This document shows, piece by piece, positions 24,826 through 31,844 of a stretch of DNA of 37,192 nt. A model generated the notes under the pieces. The model saw only the letters and a program-made list of their open reading frames with translations, had not been told where the DNA came from and did no database searches. Location of the stretch: the NCBI GenBank assembly GCA_001767605.1, contig MELM01000012.1:1-37192 (forward strand), in the 5' to 3' direction. The position numbers and the translations under genes were made by a program. Position 1 is the first letter of the stretch. Each line of letters starts with the position of its first letter. Origin of the DNA: Candidatus Solincola sediminis. GTDB lineage: Bacteria; Actinomycetota; Geothermincolia; Geothermincolales; RBG-13-55-18.

Positions 24826-25950
24826 CTATCCTCCCAACGTCCTGCCCATGGTTACCCTGTAGCCCTTAGCTCTGAGCGCATCAGCCGCCCGCGCCGCATC
24901 CTCTGCACCGCTTATGGAAAGCCTCAATAATCCTTGCCCGCTTTCAAGCGGGTGCACCAATTCGATATCCACGATGTTTATACCCAGCTCCCCTACCGCC
25001 AGGGTGACATCGCTGATTACGCCCGGCCGGTCCTCGACCGCCAAAGTCAGGTTAAAGAGGCCGGCGAGCGATTCGCGCAGTGCCGGGGCCAGGTTTTGCC
25101 TTCCCCTGCTCGCCGTTTCCATCCAGCCTTCCAATGCGTTTTCATCGGACTGCTCCAACATGCGGCCTATGCTTCGCAATATTTCCATGGATTCATTCAG
25201 CGATTCCGCGACCGCATCCCGGTTCTCGAGAAGGATATCCAACCAGATACCGGGACTTGAAGCCGCTATGCGGGTCATATCACGAAACCCTCCGGCCGCA
25301 AGTCTTAGGAGAGGATACTCCTCAGCCCGTTCCAAAGCGAGATTCATAAGGCTCATGGCCATGATGTGTGGAAGGTGACTTATGACTGAAACCGCGCGAT
25401 CGTGTTGCAGAGGGTCCATGGCAATAACCCTGGCTCCGAGCGAGGTGAGCAGGGCATGAAGCCGCGAATAAGCTTCATCACCGCAACCAGGTCCGGGGGT
25501 AAGCACGTAGTAGGCATCGCGAAAGAGGTTCCTATCGGCGGCCTCCACGCCCCTCTGCTCCGATCCCGCCAGCGGGTGCCCGCCGATAAAACTGGTGCCG
25601 GGCGGCAATATCTCGGAAGCAGCCTTTACCACCCGCTCTTTCACCGACCCCACATCGCTTACGGTCGTACCCGGCTTCAAGTTGGGTGCGACTTCAGCCA
25701 TAACTTTCTCTATGGAGCGAACCGGGACGGCTATGAAAATCAGATCACATGCGGAAGAGAGATCGGCGATATCATTCGAAGCTTTCTGAATGGCTCCACC
25801 GGCGCGCGCCTGTTCGAGCATTGCGGGATCTGAATCATACCCCAACACTTGATCCACTGCGGCTTCATGTTGCAGGGCAAGGCCAAGGGATCCGCCTATC
25901 AATCCGGTCCCTATGATGCCCGCGCAGCGATAGCTCGCTCTTGCCGGCAT
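24826..25950 (-). CDS. tyrA: prephenate dehydrogenase with C-terminal ACT domain
   Basis: ORF-track 374 aa. Rossmann motif IIGTGLIGGSLGLAL and GGHPLAGSEQRG. The C-terminal ~70 aa are ACT-like. The stop is 2 nt before the aroA ATG. Confidence 0.85.
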   Translation of the reverse strand: MPARASYRCAGIIGTGLIGGSLGLALQHEAAVDQVLGYDSDPAMLEQARAGGAIQKASNDIADLSSACDLIFIAVPVRSIEKVMAEVAPNLKPGTTVSDVGSVKERVVKAASEILPPGTSFIGGHPLAGSEQRGVEAADRNLFRDAYYVLTPGPGCGDEAYSRLHALLTSLGARVIAMDPLQHDRAVSVISHLPHIMAMSLMNLALERAEEYPLLRLAAGGFRDMTRIAASSPGIWLDILLENRDAVAESLNESMEILRSIGRMLEQSDENALEGWMETASRGRQNLAPALRESLAGLFNLTLAVEDRPGVISDVTLAVGELGINIVDIELVHPLESGQGLLRLSISGAEDAARAADALRAKGYRVTMGRTLGG

Positions 25951-25957
25951 TATGCCT

Positions 25958-26977
25958 CTACTTCCTTCCCAGATATTCCGCCAGCCCTTTTAAGTCTTCC
26001 ATCATCGACCCGAAGCCGTCTATCGTGAGAGATTGCGAACCGTCGCAAAGCGCCTCACGCGGATTTGGATGTATTTCTACCATCACGCCGTCCGCCCCAG
26101 CCGCCAGGGCCGCGCGGCAGAGGGGTGGCACTAATTCTCTCACGCCCGTGGCGTGACTGGGATCAACGAAGATTGGCAGGTGCGAGAGACCTTTCACGAT
26201 CGGTATGGAAGAAATATCCAATGTGTTGCGTGTCGCTGTTTCAAAGGTCCTTATTCCACGTTCGCAGAGTATCACCTTTTTGTTTCCTTCCTTCAGAATG
26301 TATTCAGCCGCCATCATCCATTCCTCGATTGTGGCGCTCATTCCGCGTTTCAAGAGGATGGGCATCTCGCTGTATCCCAATTCCTTCAGCATCAGGAAGT
26401 TCTGCATGTTGCGCGCTCCCACCTGGAGCACGTCGGCGTAGCGGCTGACCAGTTCTATATCCCTGACATCAAGGACTTCCGTAACTACCGGCAAGCCGGT
26501 CTCATCCCGAGCCGCCGCGAGCATCTTCAATCCGTCTTCTGCCAATCCCTGGAAGCTGTAGGGAGAGCTGCGCGGTTTGAAGGCGCCACCTCGGAAGAAC
26601 TCGGCACCGGCTGCTTTTGCCGCCCTGGCCGCCAGCAGCACCTGCTCTTCACTCTCAACGGAGCAAGGGCCGGCAATGATGTTAAAGTGACCGCCTCCTA
26701 TCTCGGCATCCCTTACCTTTATAACCGTCGGCTCCTCATGGAACTCGCGGCTGACCAGCTTGTAAGGCTTCATGATGGGGACGACCTTCTCGACGCCGGC
26801 ATAGGCCTCGAGAGGCATTTGCATTACCTTTTCCCGGTCACCTATCACCCCAATAACCGTGCGGAATTCGCCCTGGGATACGTGGGCTTCGGCACCCACT
26901 TCATGCAAGAGCGCGATCAGTTCATCGATGTCTTTTTTGCTCGCTCCCTCGCGCATTACGATTACCATCGCTATCAC
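25958..26977 (-). CDS. aroF: 3-deoxy-7-phosphoheptulonate (DAHP) synthase, type I-beta with N-terminal regulatory ferredoxin-like domain
   Basis: ORF-track 339 aa. The N-terminal ~65-aa ACT/FL-like domain (VIVMREGASKKDIDELIALLHEVGAE) is followed by IAGPCSVESEEQ and the KDO8P/DAHPS I-beta core. Length and architecture match the Thermotoga-type enzyme. Confidence 0.85.
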   Translation of the reverse strand: MIAMVIVMREGASKKDIDELIALLHEVGAEAHVSQGEFRTVIGVIGDREKVMQMPLEAYAGVEKVVPIMKPYKLVSREFHEEPTVIKVRDAEIGGGHFNIIAGPCSVESEEQVLLAARAAKAAGAEFFRGGAFKPRSSPYSFQGLAEDGLKMLAAARDETGLPVVTEVLDVRDIELVSRYADVLQVGARNMQNFLMLKELGYSEMPILLKRGMSATIEEWMMAAEYILKEGNKKVILCERGIRTFETATRNTLDISSIPIVKGLSHLPIFVDPSHATGVRELVPPLCRAALAAGADGVMVEIHPNPREALCDGSQSLTIDGFGSMMEDLKGLAEYLGRK

Positions 26978-27058
26978 TCTCCTTCATAATCGAAAAGTCC
27001 GAGCCGCCGGGCTCGAACTCCCCTTTTCAATTCTATTCTCTTGTGAAGCGCTGCCCGT

Positions 27059-27421
27059 TTATTCGGGGAGGTCCGTCCTCAACTGACGCGCCCCCTCGAG
27101 ATAGGGATGGCGCAGTTCATGTAGATGCTTTCGAGTATAGAAGTGCATAAGAACCCGGATGCATTTTCCGGGTGAGCCCTCTATGTCCAGTTCCCTGGCG
27201 CATAGCAATGGAACATGGGTCAATCCAATGTGCCGCGCTGCAGCCGCCGGGAACTCGGAGTGAATATCGCTTGTTCCTGTGAAAACAATATCGACGATAT
27301 CTTCCGTACTGACATCGTTGCGCTGTATCATTTCCCGCAGTAACTGCGCTGTCCGCTCCGTTACTTCTTCCTTGGTATCTTCCCGGCAGAGGATCGCTCC
27401 CCTCAAGGCTCTGAGTTGCAT
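27059..27421 (-). CDS. aroH: chorismate mutase, AroH class
   Basis: Start set at ATG 27419-27421, 6 nt after AGGAGG. MQLRALRGAILCREDTKEEV...FPAAAARHIGLTHVPLLCARELDIEGSPGKCIRVLMH parallels Bacillus AroH. 120 aa. Confidence 0.85.
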   Translation of the reverse strand: MQLRALRGAILCREDTKEEVTERTAQLLREMIQRNDVSTEDIVDIVFTGTSDIHSEFPAAAARHIGLTHVPLLCARELDIEGSPGKCIRVLMHFYTRKHLHELRHPYLEGARQLRTDLPE

Positions 27422-27465
27422 GCCATGCCTCCTCGTATTTTCAGTAATCAAGTTTACCATAGTAA

Positions 27466-27498
27466 CCTACACAAAGGTGCCTGACACCTTTGTGTAGG
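27466..27498. repeat. intergenic palindromic element, copy 2 (CCTACACAAAGGTG-CCTGA-CACCTTTGTGTAGG)
   Basis: Perfect 14-bp arms. It directly abuts the rluB stop codon (27499-27501) and is 44 nt upstream of the aroH start. Confidence 0.95.
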
Positions 27499-28221
27499 TT
27501 AGGTGAGGAGGCGCTTTATTTCGGCGGAGGTGAGGGGGCGGTAGGTTCCCTCCTCTACGCCGTGCAGGGTCAAGGGACCCACCTTGGTGCGGATGAGATC
27601 GAGTACGGCGAGATCTATCGCGGCAAGCATTCGCCTGATCTGCCGCTTCTTTCCTTCATGAATGGTTATTTCGAGCAGGGCCCTTTCTTCGCTTTGCCGC
27701 AATACGCGCACTCGAGCCGGCTGTGTTTTTCCTTCTTCCAGCCTGATGCCCTTTCGTAGTTTCTGCAGTCCTTGATTGCTCAGGCTCCCTTTTGCTTGCA
27801 CGAGATACGTCTTTTCCATGCCGTGACTCGGGTGCATCATCTTCTGTGCCAGGTAACCGTCATTGGTTATGACCAGGATCCCCCTCGTATCCTTGTCCAG
27901 GCGCCCTACGGGAAACAGCCGGCCTTCCTCTTTTATGAGATCCATTACCGTCGGGCGGCCTCGGCTGTCCTTAACAGTCGTTATGAATCCGGCGGGTTTA
28001 TTGAGGAGGAAGTATTCTTTTTCGATGTTCAGGTCTACCTGTATGCCATCGACTTCGACCTTGTCCTCCTCTACATCCACACGATCACCTAAACCGGACA
28101 TCTGGCCGTTTATCTCAACCCGGCCGGCTTCGATCATTTCCTCGCATTTTCGGCGTGAACCGAGACCGGCGGCGGCTAATACTTTCTGGAGGCGTTCAGG
28201 TTGGCTCATCGGGTTCCACAA
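27499..28221 (-). CDS. rluB: 23S rRNA pseudouridine synthase (RsuA/RluB family) with S4 domain
   Basis: ORF-track 240 aa. S4 domain ERLQKVLAAAGLGSRRKCEEMIEAGRVEING and catalytic GRLDKDTRG. The start may be ATG 28209. Either start overlaps the scpB 3-prime end. Confidence 0.85.
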   Translation of the reverse strand: MWNPMSQPERLQKVLAAAGLGSRRKCEEMIEAGRVEINGQMSGLGDRVDVEEDKVEVDGIQVDLNIEKEYFLLNKPAGFITTVKDSRGRPTVMDLIKEEGRLFPVGRLDKDTRGILVITNDGYLAQKMMHPSHGMEKTYLVQAKGSLSNQGLQKLRKGIRLEEGKTQPARVRVLRQSEERALLEITIHEGKKRQIRRMLAAIDLAVLDLIRTKVGPLTLHGVEEGTYRPLTSAEIKRLLT

Positions 28222-28864
28222 ACGTACCCGTCCCCGTTGTGGAAGGTTCGGCGAGGGAGTGGGCGATTCTATCTATTGTTTCCTGGTCGGGCTCGAAACT
28301 TTTGAGGGACGGAAGGTCGTCGAGGTTGTTCAAGCCGAAGCGTTCCAGGAACTTATCGGTCGTTATATAAAGGGAAGGACCACCCGGCGCCTTTTCTTTG
28401 CCGGCTTCCGCCACCAGACCCTGTTCTTCCAGCACTTTCACCATATTCTCCGATTGCACTCCCCTCAGATTCGCCACCTGTCCGCGGGTTATCGGCTGCA
28501 GATAAGCGATAATGGCCAGCGTCTCGACCGCGGCCCGCGTGAGCCTGGTTCTTTTTGATGACAGCAGGAGTTTTTCGATATGATCGGCATAGGCCGGATG
28601 AGTATGCATCCGCCATCCGCCCCCCACCTCCCTCAGCTGCATTCCACGGTTGTATTCTATGTATTCGTCCCTCAGCTCCTGCAACACGGAAAGCATCTTG
28701 CCTTCATCACACTGTAATATTGCGGCCAGTTGCTTGGGGAACAGGGGCTCGTCGGCAACGAAGAGCATCGCCTCTACCGCGCCCTTGATGTCTTCGATTT
28801 CCTGTAAATCGTCCTGTCCTGCGGCGGTCCTCCATAATTTGCCGCCGATGGGTTTAATATCCAT
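28196..28864 (-). CDS. scpB: segregation and condensation protein B
   Basis: ORF-track 222 aa. AVEAMLFVADEPL...TRAAVETLAIIAYLQPITRGQV is typical ScpB. Confidence 0.85.
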   Translation of the reverse strand: MDIKPIGGKLWRTAAGQDDLQEIEDIKGAVEAMLFVADEPLFPKQLAAILQCDEGKMLSVLQELRDEYIEYNRGMQLREVGGGWRMHTHPAYADHIEKLLLSSKRTRLTRAAVETLAIIAYLQPITRGQVANLRGVQSENMVKVLEEQGLVAEAGKEKAPGGPSLYITTDKFLERFGLNNLDDLPSLKSFEPDQETIDRIAHSLAEPSTTGTGTFVEPDEPT

Positions 28865-29588
28865 TTTCTACCTCCATTTTCGGGTAGACCTTGATATCCC
28901 CGAACCGCTCCGCCTGCCGCATGTCGATCTCCTCCCTGTTATACAGTTCGAGCAGGGCGAGGAAGGTCGCTATTAACTCGACTCGATGAATGAAATCCCG
29001 CGTCAACTCGCGGTAGCTGGTCTCCCCTCTTTCCCTCAATACCTCACGCACCCGTTCTACGAAATCCTGAATATTCACCTTGATGGGGGCGATGTACGAT
29101 ACATCAACCTCCGCCTCCGACTCGATGATCTCCCTGGCCGCCTCGACCAACCTTTGCAGCGTGAGGCCTTGAATGACATCCGGCATCACATCCCGGAAAG
29201 GCTCCTCGAGGTCGATCTGGCGGTAATAATATCTCTCCTCCCGCTCGAGCCTGCCCGCCAGCTCGGCCCCCGCATTGCGATATTTCTGATATTCCACGAG
29301 CCGCCACATCAGCTCCTCACGCATCTCGGCTGCGCTCATCTCCTCGATGTCCTTTTCCGGCTCAGGCAACAGATAATCCGACTTCAGCTTGAGCAGGGTT
29401 GCCGCAATAAGGAGGAATTCGGTCGCTACCTCGAGGTCCAACTCGCGCAAAGTTTCAATATAGGCGAGATATTCGTCGGTTATTTCCGCGACCGAGATAT
29501 CATAGATATCGATCTCACGCCGGCTGATAAGATGCAGGAGCAGATCGAACGGGCCTTCAAAGACCTCTAGTTTTACCTGGTAGGGCAA
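28854..29588 (-). CDS. scpA: segregation and condensation protein A
   Basis: ORF-track 244 aa. KLEVFEGPFDLLLHLI is the ScpA signature. TTG start preceded by GGGGGAAGGG. Confidence 0.85.
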   Translation of the reverse strand: MPYQVKLEVFEGPFDLLLHLISRREIDIYDISVAEITDEYLAYIETLRELDLEVATEFLLIAATLLKLKSDYLLPEPEKDIEEMSAAEMREELMWRLVEYQKYRNAGAELAGRLEREERYYYRQIDLEEPFRDVMPDVIQGLTLQRLVEAAREIIESEAEVDVSYIAPIKVNIQDFVERVREVLRERGETSYRELTRDFIHRVELIATFLALLELYNREEIDMRQAERFGDIKVYPKMEVENGY

Positions 29589-29597
29589 CCCTTCCCC

Positions 29598-30581
29598 CTA
29601 ATCGATGGACATCTTGATCCGGACTTCTTCCAGGACGCCGGCGGCTATGGGCTCCACTTTCGCATGTCCGCCGGCAAGGATATCCCTGGCCAGACGAGGC
29701 TGGGTCTCGAGATTTTGCCTGCGCTCCCGAAACGGTTCGAGCGCCTCTATTACTCGCTCGGAGAGCAACTTCTTGCAGTCCACGCATCCCCAACCCGCCG
29801 TCCGGCAATTCTCGGCTATCTCCTCCAGCCTGTCTCCTGAATATATCTTGTGCAGTTGATAAACACTGGATTTCTCCGGATCTCCCGCGTCTTTTCGAGT
29901 GCGGCGAGCGGGGTCGGTGATCATCAGCATGATTTTTTTCCGTATTTCATCCGGGGAATCCGAGAGGGAAATGTAATTATTGTAGCTCTTACTCATCTTA
30001 CGCCCGTCGGTACCGGGAATCCTTGGATACTTCGACAATACGGCCTCGGGTTCTTTCAACGTCTCGCCATAGAGATAATTGAAACGGCGCACAATCTCTC
30101 TGGCCAGCTCGAGATGAGGCAGTTGGTCCTCGCCCACCGGAACCCGTTCGCCTAAAACAATAGCGATATCAGCCGTCTGGAGAACCGGGTAGCCGAGAAA
30201 GCCTTGAGTCGATAGCTCGCGGCCTTGTAACTGCTCCAGTTGCTCCTTGAAGGACGGCACCCTTTCCAGCCACCCGAGCGGTGTAATCATTGATAGATAA
30301 AGCTGGAATTCCGCGACTTCCCGCAGGTCCGACTGCAGGTAGATGACTGCTTTTTCGGGATCGAGACCGGCTGCAAGCCAATCGAGAACCATCTCGTCCG
30401 TATAGGTACGAAGCATAGAGGGATCCTGATAATCCGTGGTCAAGGCATGCCAATCGGCTACAAAAAAGAAACATTCGACTTCGTTTTGCAGCTCGATCAT
30501 ACGCGCCAGGTTGCCGTGCAGATGCCCGAGGTGCAGCCTCCCGGTCGGTCTGTAACCGCTAACTATACGTCCTTGCGCCAA
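29598..30581 (-). CDS. trpS: tryptophan--tRNA ligase
   Basis: ORF-track 327 aa. SGYRPTGRLHLGHLHGN (HIGH-type motif) and KMSKS. Confidence 0.9.
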   Translation of the reverse strand: MAQGRIVSGYRPTGRLHLGHLHGNLARMIELQNEVECFFFVADWHALTTDYQDPSMLRTYTDEMVLDWLAAGLDPEKAVIYLQSDLREVAEFQLYLSMITPLGWLERVPSFKEQLEQLQGRELSTQGFLGYPVLQTADIAIVLGERVPVGEDQLPHLELAREIVRRFNYLYGETLKEPEAVLSKYPRIPGTDGRKMSKSYNNYISLSDSPDEIRKKIMLMITDPARRTRKDAGDPEKSSVYQLHKIYSGDRLEEIAENCRTAGWGCVDCKKLLSERVIEALEPFRERRQNLETQPRLARDILAGGHAKVEPIAAGVLEEVRIKMSID

Positions 30582-30632
30582 TTTGCCTCCTTTACATTGG
30601 ACATTTCGACCTTCGCCTTTTACTACCTTCTT

Positions 30633-31175
30633 TCAAAACCTGTCGTCAACCGCTCGCAACCTGCGCGCTCTTTCGCTCGACGGATCCTCCTGGTGGCAGG
30701 CAACCATCTGAATCAGATCCTCCTCACTCCCCAATCCCGATAGGAGTTCGGCGGCTATTTCACCGTGATGGCTCTGCGCGTATAGCCCCCTCTTCCAGGA
30801 CCCACTCAAGCTGCGCGCCCGCTCGAGAGGCCTCTGCCCGACAGCCTCGGCATCGACCTCTTCAACCATCGACAGCAGTCTTCGCGGCATCAACAATTCG
30901 AGCATTGTATACAACCAGCGCGTTATGAGTCCCAGGTTTGAAGAGAGCTTCCCCGCATCGTGCAGCAGCGCCGCCTTTTGAAGAATCGGATCGTCCCGCA
31001 AGCGGCCGGCGACTGTCATGGCATGGGCCAAGTCGTAGCGCTTCATTGAAAGAAACAATTCGGCTTCGCCACCTGACAATATAGGCGCCGCCTTTTCGGC
31101 TCGCCGTCGCAGGCACGGATCGAGCGCCAATATGGATATCCAGGCTTTTCCAGGTAGATTCTTCCAGGTATTCAC
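30633..31175 (-). CDS. HD-domain protein
   Basis: ORF-track 180 aa. Contains AALLHDAGK. GTG start 2 nt after the upstream stop. Confidence 0.7.
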   Translation of the reverse strand: MNTWKNLPGKAWISILALDPCLRRRAEKAAPILSGGEAELFLSMKRYDLAHAMTVAGRLRDDPILQKAALLHDAGKLSSNLGLITRWLYTMLELLMPRRLLSMVEEVDAEAVGQRPLERARSLSGSWKRGLYAQSHHGEIAAELLSGLGSEEDLIQMVACHQEDPSSERARRLRAVDDRF

Positions 31176-31177
31176 GA

Positions 31178-31840
31178 TTAGAATATCGGGGCCAGGCCAA
31201 AGAGGCGAAGGATCAAATTAGCGACGCCGCCTACAGCAGCCGAGAGAGCAAAACCAAAGACGAAGACCAGGAGCAGTACTATCAGAAACCCGTACGGCTC
31301 GATCGATTGATATGCGCGCTTGGCCTCCCCTTTCAAAAAATAAGCGACGATACGCGAACCATCCAGGGGAGGAATCGGAATGAGGTTGAAAACGAAGAGC
31401 AGTATATTTATGTAACCAATAAATAGGCAGGTATAGATAACGCGATAAATGAAGGTGCCGCCCTCGAAGAGAGTGAACACCTTGAGCAAGCCAATAAAAA
31501 TCAGGGCGATGCCCAGGTTTGAGAGGGGCCCGGCCAATGACACCCATATGATTCCCCTTGGTTTCCGGAAATAGAAGGGATTTATCGGTACGGGCTTGGC
31601 ATATCCAATAATAAAAGTACCCTGGCCGAGCAGGCTCAGAAGGAAAAGGAATCCCGGCAGGATCAGGGTGCCGAACGGATCTACATGGGCAAGCGGGTCC
31701 AGCGTCAGCCGACCGGCGCGCTTGGCTGTCGTATCGCCCATTCGATATGCGACATATCCATGCATGAATTCGTGGAATATCACGCCGATTATTAGGCCTA
31801 CCAGCATGTAAATCGCCGCTTCAACTCTCGAAGGTGCCAT
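31178..31840 (-). CDS. site-2 protease family (M50) zinc metalloprotease
   Basis: ORF-track 220 aa. HEFMHGYVA (HExxH) and a second motif NLIPIPPLDG. Multiple TM segments. Confidence 0.85.
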   Translation of the reverse strand: MAPSRVEAAIYMLVGLIIGVIFHEFMHGYVAYRMGDTTAKRAGRLTLDPLAHVDPFGTLILPGFLFLLSLLGQGTFIIGYAKPVPINPFYFRKPRGIIWVSLAGPLSNLGIALIFIGLLKVFTLFEGGTFIYRVIYTCLFIGYINILLFVFNLIPIPPLDGSRIVAYFLKGEAKRAYQSIEPYGFLIVLLLVFVFGFALSAAVGGVANLILRLFGLAPIF

Positions 31841-31844
31841 AGAC

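Noticed and set aside
24018-24869. 283-aa plus-strand ORF antisense to aroA. Similar long shadow ORFs occur at 26153-26989, 27863-28558, 11120-11845, 8034-8759, 5306-5962, 32400-33167 and 28986-29570.
   Set aside because: Each lies entirely antisense to a gene with unmistakable family motifs. Their translations are Arg/Ser/Pro-rich and low-complexity, and none has a convincing RBS. These are typical GC-rich shadow ORFs.
26998-27024. tRNA-like T-arm resemblance (GGGCTCGAACTCCCC)
   Set aside because: The gap is only 81 nt and contains no D-arm, anticodon stem or acceptor-stem pairing. It is better explained as a simple hairpin.
30582-30632. T-box leader upstream of trpS
   Set aside because: Only 51 nt separate trpS from the upstream HD gene. 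That is far too short for a T-box, which needs about 200 nt or more, and no specifier or T-box sequence is visible.
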